Of a DNA stretch of 64,000 nt, positions 49,897 to 59,446 are shown piece by piece. Position 1 is the stretch's first letter; each line of letters begins with the position of its first letter. The notes beneath the pieces are model-generated. The model worked only from the letters and a program-made list of their open reading frames with translations. It was not told the origin of the DNA and ran no database searches. Made by a program: the position numbers and the translations under genes. This DNA comes from Phycisphaerae bacterium (GTDB taxonomy: Bacteria > Planctomycetota > Phycisphaerae > FEN-1346 > JAACEH01), in the NCBI GenBank assembly GCA_012729015.1, contig JAAYDY010000113.1:12206-76205 (forward strand), given 5' to 3'.

Positions 49897-51272
49897 GCAG
49901 CCTCCTGGCCAACCTCGCCCAGGACGTCCGTCGCATCAGCCCGCTCGGCATCGAGGGCCGCGTGCTCGAAGTGGTCGGCCTGTCGATTATCGTCGAGCAC
50001 TTCCCCGTGGCCGTCGGCAGCCGCTGCACGGTCCGCGCCCGCGCGACGCAGCACGAGGTCCGCTGCGAGGTGGTCGGCTTCCGCGACGACCGGACACTGC
50101 TGATGACCCTGGACGAAATGGACGGCGTCAGCCGCGGCGACGTGGTCCGTCTGACCAGCCGCCGCCAGACCATCGGCGTCGGCGACGAAATGCTCGGTCG
50201 CGTGATCAACGGTCTCGGCGAGGCGATCGACGGCCGCGGCCCGATCCGCTGCACCCTCCGCCGCCACATCGAGGCCCGCGCCCTGGGCGCTCTCAGCCGC
50301 CAGCGCATCGACCAGCCCATCGGCACGGGCATCCGCGCCATCGACGCGTGCATGACCTGCGGCCGCGGGCAGAGGGTCGGCATCTTCTCCGGCGCCGGAG
50401 TCGGCAAGAGCGTCCTGCTGGGCATGATGGCCCGCTACACCAGCGCGGCCGTCAACGTCATCTGCCTGGCCGGCGAACGCGGACGCGAAGTCCGCGACTT
50501 CCTCGAACGCGACCTCGGCCCCGACGGTCTCCGCAAGTCCGTCGTGGTCGTCTCCACCAACGACGAGCCGCCCCTGATGAAGATCAAGGCCGGTCTCGTC
50601 GCCCATGCCCTGGCCGAGCACTTCCGCGACGAGGGCCGCGACGTGCTCCTGGTGCTCGACAGCGTGACGCGGCTGGCCATGGCCCAGCGGCAGGTCGGCC
50701 TCAGCGCCGGCGAGCCGCCCACCACCAAGGGCTATCCGCCGAGCGTCTTCTCCCTGCTGCCCCGGCTGCTCGAACGCGCCGGCAGGGGCGCCCAGGGCAG
50801 CATCACCGGTTTCTACACCATCCTCGTCGAAGGCGACGACATGAGCGACCCCGTGGCCGACGCCGTCCGAAGCATTCTCGACGGCCACCTCGTCCTCAGC
50901 CGCCGACTGGCCAATCAGGGCCACTACCCGGCCATCGACGTCACCCAGAGCATCAGCCGCCTCATGACCGACCTGGTCGAGCCGAAGCACCTGGAGGCGT
51001 CTCGCTCGCTGGTCCGGCTGTTGGCCGCTTACAACGAGGTCGAGGACCTCGTCAACATCGGTGCCTACAGCCCCGGGTCCAATCCCGAGGTGGACCTGGC
51101 CGTGGCGTCGCGACAGGACGTGCTCGGCTTCCTGCGGCAGGACATCCAGGAGGCCGTGCGGTACGACGAGGCGCGCAGCGGGCTCGACGCCCTCACGCGG
51201 AAACTGGAGCAGTCTCGCAAAACGATTCTCGCCAGGCGAACGGCGCAGGCCGCCGTCGCGGCGAAGGCATAG
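49893..51272 (+). CDS. fliI: Flagellum-specific ATP synthase FliI
   Basis: The start is set at ATG 49893, preceded by AGGAGG. Walker A is GAGVGKS, with a T3SS ATPase fold throughout. Confidence 0.9.
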   Translation: MSSLLANLAQDVRRISPLGIEGRVLEVVGLSIIVEHFPVAVGSRCTVRARATQHEVRCEVVGFRDDRTLLMTLDEMDGVSRGDVVRLTSRRQTIGVGDEMLGRVINGLGEAIDGRGPIRCTLRRHIEARALGALSRQRIDQPIGTGIRAIDACMTCGRGQRVGIFSGAGVGKSVLLGMMARYTSAAVNVICLAGERGREVRDFLERDLGPDGLRKSVVVVSTNDEPPLMKIKAGLVAHALAEHFRDEGRDVLLVLDSVTRLAMAQRQVGLSAGEPPTTKGYPPSVFSLLPRLLERAGRGAQGSITGFYTILVEGDDMSDPVADAVRSILDGHLVLSRRLANQGHYPAIDVTQSISRLMTDLVEPKHLEASRSLVRLLAAYNEVEDLVNIGAYSPGSNPEVDLAVASRQDVLGFLRQDIQEAVRYDEARSGLDALTRKLEQSRKTILARRTAQAAVAAKA

Positions 51273-51293
51273 TCGCGAAAGGGCACAGGTCGT

Positions 51294-51746
51294 ATGGCCA
51301 AGTTTCGTCTCCAACCGGTCCTGACGCTGAGGAAGTACCGCGAGCAGTTGCGGCAGCGGGACCTGGCCGTCGCCCTCGGCGAAGAGCAGCGACGCAAGGA
51401 TGCCGTGTTGCGTCTGGCCGACCTGCGGCGCGAGCAGACCGACGTCTTCCGCGGCCAGCAGCAGACCGGTCCGCTCGACATGCAGGCCGTCGTCGCCCAG
51501 CGTCAGTACCTGGGCCTCCTCGGCCGCGAGATCGGCTTCCGCCTGCGCGGCGTCGCCCAGGCCGAGCGCGAGACGGCCCGCCGACGCGGTGACATGACCG
51601 ATGCCATGCAGGATCGCAAGGCGGTCGAGATTCTCGAAGACCGGTTTCGTCAGCGGCTCCGCCGCGACGAGGACCGACGTGAGATGGCTGAGCTTGACGA
51701 GGTGAGTCTGCGGATCGTCGCCGCGGGCCCCAAAGTGGATGCGTGA
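51294..51746 (+). CDS. fliJ: Flagellar export protein FliJ
   Basis: MAKFRLQPVLTLRKYREQLRQRDLAVAL matches the typical FliJ N-terminus in a coiled-coil 150-aa protein. Confidence 0.75.
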   Translation: MAKFRLQPVLTLRKYREQLRQRDLAVALGEEQRRKDAVLRLADLRREQTDVFRGQQQTGPLDMQAVVAQRQYLGLLGREIGFRLRGVAQAERETARRRGDMTDAMQDRKAVEILEDRFRQRLRRDEDRREMAELDEVSLRIVAAGPKVDA

Positions 51747-52425
51747 GGAGCCGACGATGGGTCGTCATCACGGTGGCGCCGTCATCAACATCCTGGCCAC
51801 GCTGATGATGCTGGAGATTGCCGCGGCGGCGGCTTTCGCCGGCTACGTCATCCTCACCCAGCGCATCAGCCGCGACCAGTTGTGGCTCGCCCGCAAAGTG
51901 TACCAGGGCGACGTCACCTCCGAGACCCTGGCCGAGGCCGAGCGGTGGCGCGACCACCTGGTCCAGCAGGCCGCCAGGGAGAAGGAGGCCGTCTCGGGCG
52001 ACGCCGCCGACCGAAAGCTCCTGGTCACGCAGATGCAGACCGAGGCCTCGCGCCTGGGATTGCAGTGGCAGCTCGATCAGCTCAAGACGCGCGAGGATCT
52101 GCTCGCCGTGAAGATGCAGGAACTCGAACAGAAACGCCAGACCCTGGAGGCGCTCGAAAAACGCGTGGACGAGAAGCAGCGCCAGCTTCAGACCGCCTCG
52201 GGCAACGAGGCGTTTCAGAAGATGGCGAGAATCCTCGACAGCATGAAACCGGCCGAGCTCAAGCGGATGCTGTTAGGGCTGGACGACGGGACGGTCGTGG
52301 ATTTCCTCAGGAACTACGACCCGCGCAAGGCCGGCAAGCTGTACACCGAATTCCAGACGCCGCAGGAACTCGAAACGTACCGCCGCTGGATGGAGATGCT
52401 CAAGAGCGGCCAGGTCGCCATGTGA
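51739..52425 (+). CDS. Flagellar-operon protein with MgtE_N-like domain (YlxF/MotE-like)
   Basis: An N-terminal TM and coiled-coil are followed by the C-terminal ILDSMKPAELKRMLLGLDDGTVVDFL MgtE_N-like segment. It sits after fliJ, as ylxF does in Bacillus. Confidence 0.45.
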   Translation: MREEPTMGRHHGGAVINILATLMMLEIAAAAAFAGYVILTQRISRDQLWLARKVYQGDVTSETLAEAERWRDHLVQQAAREKEAVSGDAADRKLLVTQMQTEASRLGLQWQLDQLKTREDLLAVKMQELEQKRQTLEALEKRVDEKQRQLQTASGNEAFQKMARILDSMKPAELKRMLLGLDDGTVVDFLRNYDPRKAGKLYTEFQTPQELETYRRWMEMLKSGQVAM

Positions 52426-52452
52426 CGGGCTGCAAACGGAAGGAAGGCAACC

Positions 52453-53994
52453 ATGCTCGTGGAACGCAGTACGCTGCACCAAAGCGCGGTCGGATCGCTG
52501 TTCTCGCTGCTCAACAAGAGCGACAGCGCCGACGCCCCCAGCTTCCAGCAGCACTTCACCGAGAGCGTCGGCGCCCTGTCGCGACGCGACCAGACTCCCC
52601 AGCAACGGTCGCAGGAATCGCTCGATCAGGATGTAACGGCCTCGCGGCCGCGCACCGAGCCGCGACGCAAGGACGACCCCGCCGCACGGCAGGACGCTCC
52701 CGCGACAACGGCGTCCGCGCCGCCCGCTGCGCCTGTCGAAGAGCCGCAGGCGACCGAGCCCGCCGCCCCCGCGGACACCGCCGACAGAGAGGTCGTCGCC
52801 CGCGAATCGGCGCCGGCCGAACGGGCCACGGCCGCCAGGGATTCCGCCGCCGCCCCTGTGTCCGACGAATCTTCGCAGCCTGCGGAGGCCGTCGCGACGC
52901 CCTCCCGGACACGCATCAAGGTCGCCATGCTGAGGGCGCTTGCCGCCGGGGGCAGGGGGCTGCCAGGCCCGCTGACCGCTGTTGATGCAATCGCTCCCGA
53001 CGAAGCGGGACAGGTCGATCAGCCCAGCCAGGGCAAGGCTCTTGCCGCCGTTCGTCCGGTGTCGGCGTCTGCCGATTCCCTGCCGACGGATGCCGGCGCA
53101 GCGGCCGACCAGGCGCAACTTCAGTCCGCGGCCTCTGGGGCTGCGGCGACGCAGACCGATGACCGCCGGCCGGTGCGCCGAGCCGCCGCTTCATCCTTCA
53201 AGCAGGCCGCGTCCCAGGCCGCGTCCTCTTCGTCCGCGGCCGCCGGCGTTCGGTCCACCGCTTCCGAACAGCAGACCGGTGACGCTGCCGCCACATCGCC
53301 CAAGACATCCCAGGCCGCCTCCGGCGCCTCCCAGCCGAGGCTGCCTGTCGTGCCCCAGGCCCACGTCGTCAATGCCGACGTGGTCAGCCTTCAGGTCGTG
53401 TCGCAGCCGGCAGTCGAGTCGGTCGCCACGGGCGGCTCCGCAGCTTCCGAGACGCCCGCCGTCGGCAAGGTGGCCGCTGACGCCTCTCCGATGCGGTCCG
53501 CCGGCGTCAAGCCGGCCGCCGACGCTTCCCGGGCTACCGCGTCCGACGCCGAGGAACAGGTCGAACGGATCGTCCACGTCATGCGCGCCAGCATCAGCCG
53601 CGGAGGCAGCCGGGTGAACATGCGGCTCGATCCGCCCGAACTCGGCCAACTCCGCATTCAGATGCAGATTCGCAACGGCGAGATGACCGCCCGATTCGAG
53701 ACGCAGACCGAGACCGCACGCAACTGGGTCTACAGCCAGCTCGGGTCGCTCCGCGAATCCCTGGCGGGTCAGAACATCCGACTCGTCCAGGCCTCCGTCG
53801 AGAGCCGCCACGACGGCAATGAAGCCGCCGGCGGCCAGTCCGGCGGCGCGGGCAGCTTCACCGGCGGCCACGAGACCGGCGGCCAGACGCAGCAGCACAA
53901 CCAGACGCAGCACCAGGACGCGGCTCCCGAGAGCGAGGTCCTGCGATGGACCGCGCCGGTTGCCGAGGACAACGAAGTCAACGTGGTGGTGTGA
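52453..53994 (+). CDS. fliK: Flagellar hook-length control protein FliK
   Basis: A long Ala/Ser/Pro-rich N-terminal region is followed by a C-terminal Flg_hook domain (RLDPPELGQLRIQMQIRNGEMTARFETQTETARNWV). Confidence 0.75.
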   Translation: MLVERSTLHQSAVGSLFSLLNKSDSADAPSFQQHFTESVGALSRRDQTPQQRSQESLDQDVTASRPRTEPRRKDDPAARQDAPATTASAPPAAPVEEPQATEPAAPADTADREVVARESAPAERATAARDSAAAPVSDESSQPAEAVATPSRTRIKVAMLRALAAGGRGLPGPLTAVDAIAPDEAGQVDQPSQGKALAAVRPVSASADSLPTDAGAAADQAQLQSAASGAAATQTDDRRPVRRAAASSFKQAASQAASSSSAAAGVRSTASEQQTGDAAATSPKTSQAASGASQPRLPVVPQAHVVNADVVSLQVVSQPAVESVATGGSAASETPAVGKVAADASPMRSAGVKPAADASRATASDAEEQVERIVHVMRASISRGGSRVNMRLDPPELGQLRIQMQIRNGEMTARFETQTETARNWVYSQLGSLRESLAGQNIRLVQASVESRHDGNEAAGGQSGGAGSFTGGHETGGQTQQHNQTQHQDAAPESEVLRWTAPVAEDNEVNVVV

Positions 53995-54042
53995 CCGAAA
54001 CCGGCGTCGCCCCCGGGCGTCGCCCACGAAGGAGAATGCACA

Positions 54043-54492
54043 ATGGCGGACAGTGTCGGCGCGACCGCAAGTGTCGGAACCACCACCTATACGGGAAAGA
54101 CCCGCGGGTTGGACGACATGTCGGGCATGGACTTCCTGAAACTGCTCATCACGCAGCTCAGCAATCAGGATCCCATGGAGCCCATGAAGAATCAGGAACT
54201 GCTCGAACAGCTCTCGACTATTCGCAGCCTGGAATCGAACATCACCATGAGCGAGAAGTTCGAGGACCTGGTCACGGCCAACCAGAAGATGGCGGCGCAG
54301 AACCAGTTGTCCAGCGCCACGCTCCTGATGGGCCAGCGCATCACCGGCCTCAGCACCGACAACAAGCTCGTCGAGGGCTACGTCGAACGCGTGGTCGTCG
54401 CCTCCTCGGGGGTCCGCGTGAAGGTGGGCGGCTACGAGATTCCGATGGAGAACATACGTCAGGTCGAATGGCCCGACGAGGCGCAGGGTTGA
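54043..54492 (+). CDS. flgD: Flagellar hook assembly/capping protein FlgD
   Basis: DFLKLLITQLSNQDPMEPM is the FlgD signature. Confidence 0.85.
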   Translation: MADSVGATASVGTTTYTGKTRGLDDMSGMDFLKLLITQLSNQDPMEPMKNQELLEQLSTIRSLESNITMSEKFEDLVTANQKMAAQNQLSSATLLMGQRITGLSTDNKLVEGYVERVVVASSGVRVKVGGYEIPMENIRQVEWPDEAQG

Positions 54493-54691
54493 TCGTCACA
54501 GAAACCGGCCGCGGGCCGGACGGCGTGTCGCCGTCGCCGCGGCCTGAGAGCGACTCGAGCGGGACGGCTCGGGTCGAGGCGGGCAGGACGCCGCAGCAGG
54601 CAGACAGACAAACCGGGCCGGACGCCAGCGGGCGACGGCCCACGCCAAGCGGAACGCACGCCGCTTCGCTTCGCGGAAAGGGAGGATCACC

Positions 54692-56392
54692 ATGGGTCTG
54701 ACGTCAACACTCTATGCCGGTCTCAGCGGGCTGGACTCCAACGGCATGCAGTTCGAAGTCATCGGCAACAACATCGCCAACGTCAACACGACCGGGTTCA
54801 AGGCGCGTCGCGTACTCTTCCAGAGCCAGTTCAGCCGCACCCTCAGCATCGGTTCCGGCGCCAGCAGCGACTTCGGCGGCACCAACCCCATGCAGATCGG
54901 CCTCGGCAGCCAGGTCGCCCAGGTCGATACCGACTTCTCCATGGGCTCGGTCGAGGTCACCGGCATCAACTCCGACATGGCCATCGAAGGCTCCGGCTTC
55001 TTCATCCTCAACAGCCCCGACGGCCTCGTCTACACACGCAACGGGTCGTTCAGCGTCAACAACCAGGGCTACCTCGTAGCCGCCAACGGCGAGTTCGTCC
55101 AGGGCTACGGCGTGGACGCCGACTTCAACGTCGTTCCCGGCTCGCTGGTGAACCTGACGATTCCCCTGGGCTTCCTCACCGTCGCACGCCCGAGCACCGA
55201 AGCCGTCATCCAGGGCAACCTGAACGCCACCGGTGAGATCGCCAGCCAGGGCTCGCTGCTGACGTCCGCCCAACTGGAAGACCTAGCCGGCAACCCCGTC
55301 ACCGACGACACCCTCCTGACGGAAGTCTGCCTGGCCAGCAACCCCGGCGTGGCCCTGTTCTCCGCCGGCGACGTCATCAGCTTCGCCGGCGTCAAGGGCG
55401 GCAGAACGCTCGAAACCGCCACCTTCACTGTGGATGCCACCAGCCGCCTTGGCGACTCGGCCCTGGTTCCCGAGGCCAATCGCTTCAGCGTCTTCGTGCA
55501 GCAGGCCCTCGGCATCGACACCGACGGGACGCTCCCGACCACCGGCGGCGTCAGCATCGTGGGCAGTTGCCTTCAGATTGCCGGCAACTCCGGCGCCCAG
55601 AATGACATCGACCTGTCCACCGAGTCCATCCGCATCAACGGCGTCGACACGCCGTTCACCTGGGCCGACAGCCAGGCCGCCAACGGCGAAAGCGTCTACA
55701 CCTCCTTCACCGTCTACGATTCGCTCGGCAACCCGATGACCATGGACGTGACCTTCGTCCTCGAGAACGCCAACGCCTCGGGCACCACCTGGCGTTTCTA
55801 CATGGCCAGCCAGGACGACACCGACATTGACCTCGTGCTCGGCAACGGCACCATCCAGTTCGACAACCAGGGCCAGTACGTGACCTCGACGGGCCTGGAG
55901 GCCGTCTTCGACCGCGACGGCACCGGCGCCGTGACGCCGCAGTCGGTCTTCCTGGACGTCACCACGATGACCTCCCTGTCGGCCGAGCGCGACGGTTCGC
56001 AGATCGCCCTGTCGAGCCAGGACGGCGTGCCCATCGGCACCCTCGACGGTTTCGGCGTCGGCGGCGACGGCATTATCACCGGCACCTTCACCAACGGTCT
56101 GACGCGGCCCATGGGGCAGGTGGCCCTGGCCACGTTCGCCAACCCCAAGGGTCTGCTGGACGGCGGGGCGAGCACCTTCGTCGAGGGGCCCAACTCGGGC
56201 GTCGCCGTCGTCACCACGCCCCAGTCGATGAGCGCCGGCAGTATCCAGAGCGGCTCCCTGGAACTGTCGAACGTGGACCTCTCGAAGGAGTTCGTCAACC
56301 TGATCACGACGTCAACGGGTTTCTCGGCCAACAGCCGCGTGATTTCCACCGCCGACGAGATGATGCGGGAAATCCTTCAGATGGTCCGATAA
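54692..56392 (+). CDS. flgE: Flagellar hook protein FlgE
   Basis: The N-terminus GLTSTLYAGLSGLDSNGMQFEVIGNNIANVNTTGFK is the Flg_bb_rod motif. The C-terminus LELSNVDLSKEFVNLITTSTGFSANSRVISTADEMM is also conserved. Confidence 0.9.
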   Translation: MGLTSTLYAGLSGLDSNGMQFEVIGNNIANVNTTGFKARRVLFQSQFSRTLSIGSGASSDFGGTNPMQIGLGSQVAQVDTDFSMGSVEVTGINSDMAIEGSGFFILNSPDGLVYTRNGSFSVNNQGYLVAANGEFVQGYGVDADFNVVPGSLVNLTIPLGFLTVARPSTEAVIQGNLNATGEIASQGSLLTSAQLEDLAGNPVTDDTLLTEVCLASNPGVALFSAGDVISFAGVKGGRTLETATFTVDATSRLGDSALVPEANRFSVFVQQALGIDTDGTLPTTGGVSIVGSCLQIAGNSGAQNDIDLSTESIRINGVDTPFTWADSQAANGESVYTSFTVYDSLGNPMTMDVTFVLENANASGTTWRFYMASQDDTDIDLVLGNGTIQFDNQGQYVTSTGLEAVFDRDGTGAVTPQSVFLDVTTMTSLSAERDGSQIALSSQDGVPIGTLDGFGVGGDGIITGTFTNGLTRPMGQVALATFANPKGLLDGGASTFVEGPNSGVAVVTTPQSMSAGSIQSGSLELSNVDLSKEFVNLITTSTGFSANSRVISTADEMMREILQMVR

Positions 56393-56427
56393 AAAGGCGG
56401 ATTTCTGGACAAAAGGAAAGGCGCTGT

Positions 56428-56454
56428 TAAAATACGACGTTTTATGGCCGGAGA
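56428..56454 (+). promoter_or_regulatory. Sigma-28 (FliA)-type promoter candidate TAAA-N15-GCCGGAGA upstream of flbD-motAB
   Basis: It matches TAAA-N15-GCCGATAA at 4/4 and 6/8 positions, within an unusually AT-rich 120-bp spacer. Confidence 0.35.
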
Positions 56455-56518
56455 TTTCAGCTTCTGAGCGGAATTGACGATAGAATATGGCGAAGTTGGG
56501 CAAGATGGGGGCAAAGGA

Positions 56519-56710
56519 ATGATTCGGGTGACTCGGCTCGGCGGAAAGGAGCTGGTCGTCAACGCCGAGATGATCCGTTTCGTCGAGGCGACGCCCGATA
56601 CGATCCTGAGCCTGACCAACGGCGAGAAGATCATCGTGCAGGAAAGCGTCGACGAGGTCATTCGCCGCTGTATCGAGTATGGCCGGTCGCTGAGATCGTT
56701 GGCCGATTAG
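56519..56710 (+). CDS. flbD: Flagellar protein FlbD (SwrD/YlzI-like)
   Basis: The start is set at MIRVTRLGGKELVVNAEMIRFVEATPDTILSLTNGEKIIVQESVDEV, a near-consensus FlbD. Confidence 0.8.
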   Translation: MIRVTRLGGKELVVNAEMIRFVEATPDTILSLTNGEKIIVQESVDEVIRRCIEYGRSLRSLAD

Positions 56711-56723
56711 GAACGGGAAGCAC

Positions 56724-57503
56724 ATGGACATCGCCACACTGATTGGGTTGATTGCCGGGATCATTCTGATCGCCTGGGCCGTTGTCAGCGGTGCCGGCGA
56801 CAAGGTCGGCGCGTTCGTCGACACGCCGAGCATCGCCATGGTCATCGGCGGCACGGCAGCCGTCACGCTCATCAGCTTTCCCCTGAAGGCGGTCCTCAGC
56901 GTCGGCAAGGTGACCAAGAACGCGTTTCTGCACAAGGCTCAGAGTCCGCAGAAGCTCATCGAGGATTTCGTTTCCTATGCCGAGGTCGCCCGGCGCGACG
57001 GCATCCTGAGTCTGGAGAGTGTGACCAAGGACATCAAGGACGAGTTCGTCGTCAAGGGCATCCAGATGGCCATTGACGGTACGGACCCGGAGTTGATCGA
57101 GCAGATTCTCAACAGCGAGCTGGACGGCATCGCCGAGCGGCACAGCACCGGCAAGAGCATCTTCGACTGCATGGGCAAGTACGCTCCGGCCTTCGGCATG
57201 ATCGGCACCCTCGTCGGGCTCGTCATCATGCTTCAGAACATGGAGGACCCGTCGAGCATCGGCTCCGGTATGGCGGTCGCCCTGTTGACGACGCTCTACG
57301 GCGCCGTGGTGGCCAACCTCATCTGTCTGCCCCTGGCCGACAAGCTGGCCCGCCGGTCCAGCGAGGAACTCCTTCTGAAGGAAATCGTCATCCGCGGCGT
57401 CATGTCGATTCAGTCCGGCGACAACCCGCGTGTGGTCGAACAGAAGCTCAAGACGTACCTGCCGCCGTCGATGCGCATGGTGGAAGAGGTCGAGGCGGCG
57501 TAG
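56724..57503 (+). CDS. motA: Flagellar stator protein MotA
   Basis: It has four TM segments and the conserved MotA/TolQ/ExbB C-terminal region (GMIGTLVGLVIMLQNM). Confidence 0.9.
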   Translation: MDIATLIGLIAGIILIAWAVVSGAGDKVGAFVDTPSIAMVIGGTAAVTLISFPLKAVLSVGKVTKNAFLHKAQSPQKLIEDFVSYAEVARRDGILSLESVTKDIKDEFVVKGIQMAIDGTDPELIEQILNSELDGIAERHSTGKSIFDCMGKYAPAFGMIGTLVGLVIMLQNMEDPSSIGSGMAVALLTTLYGAVVANLICLPLADKLARRSSEELLLKEIVIRGVMSIQSGDNPRVVEQKLKTYLPPSMRMVEEVEAA

Positions 57504-57522
57504 GGGCCGACGGGAAACGACG

Positions 57523-58317
57523 ATGGCCAGAAAAGCCAAAGGTTCAGGAGGCGAAGGCGGCGGCGGGGGATGCCCCGAGTACATGCTCACGTACGGGGAC
57601 ATGATGAGCCTGCTGCTGTGCTTCTTCGTCATCATCGTCAGCCTCAGCCAGATCAAGGAGGAAGAGAAGTTCCGCGCGGTGATGGAAAGCCTGAAGAAGG
57701 CGTTCGGCTACAATATGGGCCGCAACGCCATCCCCGAGCCGCCGAGTATGCTCAACCCGAGCATGAACCTGGTGGACGTGATCAAGCAGGAAATCAACCG
57801 GATGCGGACCCAGACGGCCAGCAACCAGAAGACCAAGAGCCCGGAGAGCCAGATCGGCAAGAGCACCTCCGTCCGCAACATCCGCGACGGGCTGATGATG
57901 ACCATCGGCGGGCTGTCGCTGTTCGAGGAGGGCAAGGCGGACCTGCTTCCCGAGGCCCAGGAGGAACTCAAGCAGGTGGCCGAGATCATCGTCGGCTACC
58001 GCAACAAGGTGCTGATCCGGGGGCATGCGAGCCGCGCGCCGCTGCCGGCCGGATCGCCGTTCAAGAACCAGATGGAGTTGTCGTATGCCAGGAGTCTGGC
58101 GGTCATGCAGTTTCTGATCGACCAGAAAGTCAAGCCGGAGCGTCTCAACGTCGAGGCCTGCGGCGCCAACGAACCGCTCAAGGTTCAGGTGTTCAACGAG
58201 GAGGGCCTGGCCAGCAGCCGGCGCGTCGAGATCATCGTCAAGGACACGATGGTCGAAGACTACGAAGGCGACCAGGAACCCGCGAAGTCTCCACCACCGG
58301 GAGGGACTGATGGCTGA
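57523..58317 (+). CDS. motB: Flagellar stator protein MotB (OmpA-like C-terminus)
   Basis: The start is set at MARKAKGSGG. It has the MotB TM with conserved Asp (YGDMMSLLLCFFVIIV) and an OmpA-like peptidoglycan-binding domain. Confidence 0.85.
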   Translation: MARKAKGSGGEGGGGGCPEYMLTYGDMMSLLLCFFVIIVSLSQIKEEEKFRAVMESLKKAFGYNMGRNAIPEPPSMLNPSMNLVDVIKQEINRMRTQTASNQKTKSPESQIGKSTSVRNIRDGLMMTIGGLSLFEEGKADLLPEAQEELKQVAEIIVGYRNKVLIRGHASRAPLPAGSPFKNQMELSYARSLAVMQFLIDQKVKPERLNVEACGANEPLKVQVFNEEGLASSRRVEIIVKDTMVEDYEGDQEPAKSPPPGGTDG

Positions 58318-58864
58318 CGAGAAACAGGCTGCCGAGCAGACGCCTGAGGGCGAAGGCGCCCCGAAGAAGAAGTTCAACGTGAAGGCGATTGTCCTGATCG
58401 GCGGCTTTGTTGCCCTTCAGGCCGTGCTGACGCTGGTCATCGTCTGGGCCGTGCGCGGCGCCAGTGGCGCTGGGCCACAGCCGGCCGAGGCCGCCGAGAC
58501 CGCTCAGACCGCACCGACCGCCGACGACCTGGTGGTCGTCCCGGCCCTGCCGAACGACAGTGAGAACAAGGTCGTGGCCGTCAACGCGCAGCGCGGACGC
58601 CTGGTCTACTGGGCGCTGAAAGTGTCGCTTCGCGTCCCCAAGGGGCAGGAGGAGACCCTCAAGGCCCAGTTGATCGCCAACGAGGATCTTATCCGCGACA
58701 AGATCAGCACCGTCGTCGGCAAGTGCGACCCGGTGATTCTCGAGCAGGAAGCCGACCATGCCACGCTGAAGCGGCAGATTCGCTTCGCCCTCAGCAGCGT
58801 CCTGGGCAAGGGCGCTGTCAGCGAAGTGGTCATTCCGCAGTGCATTCCGCAGGTGGTGGACTAG
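58310..58864 (+). CDS. fliL: Flagellar basal-body-associated protein FliL
   Basis: A single TM is followed by the conserved FliL periplasmic domain (VVAVNAQRGRLVYWALKVSLRV). Confidence 0.8.
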   Translation: MADEKQAAEQTPEGEGAPKKKFNVKAIVLIGGFVALQAVLTLVIVWAVRGASGAGPQPAEAAETAQTAPTADDLVVVPALPNDSENKVVAVNAQRGRLVYWALKVSLRVPKGQEETLKAQLIANEDLIRDKISTVVGKCDPVILEQEADHATLKRQIRFALSSVLGKGAVSEVVIPQCIPQVVD

Positions 58865-58888
58865 GAACCGCGAGCCGAGGAACCAGTC

Positions 58889-59395
58889 ATGGCTGACGAA
58901 GAAGTGGGCCGGCAGGACGCTGCCGAAGAGAGTCAGGACGCGACCGCCCAGGCGGCCACGCAGGACGAGCAGGTGGCCTCGGCGGCCGAACCTGCCGCCG
59001 CGGACGCCGCGCCTGCTGCCGCCGATGCCGAGCCGTCCACGTCCGATGCCGCCCTGGGCGCGCTGGACAGCATCGAGAGCCAGCTCGGCGAGGTGCTCTC
59101 GAACCTGGACGGCCTCAGCGACTCCGGCCTCGGCGGCGCTGTGCCAAGCGGCGGCACGGCCAACATCGACCTGCTGCGCGACGTCACGCTGAATGTGAAG
59201 ATTGAGCTCGGCCGAAGCCGCATGTACGTCGAGGACATCCTGCGGCTCAGCGAAGGCAGCGTCGTCGAACTCGACAAGCTGGCCGGCGACCCCGTGGACG
59301 TCTTCGTCAACGACCGTCTGGTGGCCCGGGGCGAGGTGCTGGTGCTGAACGATAATTTCTGCGTGCGAATTGGTGAAATCGTCACGCAGGACTGA
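58889..59395 (+). CDS. fliN: Flagellar motor switch protein FliN with acidic N-terminal extension
   Basis: The C-terminal SpoA domain is LNVKIELGRSRMYVEDILRLSEGSVVELDKLAGDPVDVFVNDRLVARGEVLVLNDNFCVRIGEIV. It is preceded by an Asp/Glu/Ala-rich N-terminus of about 80 aa. Confidence 0.85.
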   Translation: MADEEVGRQDAAEESQDATAQAATQDEQVASAAEPAAADAAPAAADAEPSTSDAALGALDSIESQLGEVLSNLDGLSDSGLGGAVPSGGTANIDLLRDVTLNVKIELGRSRMYVEDILRLSEGSVVELDKLAGDPVDVFVNDRLVARGEVLVLNDNFCVRIGEIVTQD

Positions 59396-59446
59396 CGTGA
59401 AGGTGTCCGTGGGCCGGGTTGCGGAGCGACCCGAAAGGACAGTGGG

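Noticed and set aside
54493-54692. Possible second sigma-54 site (GGAACGCACGCCGCTTCGC) upstream of flgE
   Set aside because: It has GG-N10-GC spacing but lacks the conserved TT before GC, and there is no upstream AT-rich element. It is too weak to call.
46281-56349. Numerous minus-strand and alternative-frame ORFs across the flagellar cluster (for example 46281-49313 (-), 49809-51314 (-), 52982-53617 (+), 54704-55273 (-))
   Set aside because: They are antisense to flagellar genes that align convincingly with known families. Their compositions are dominated by R/G/A/P.
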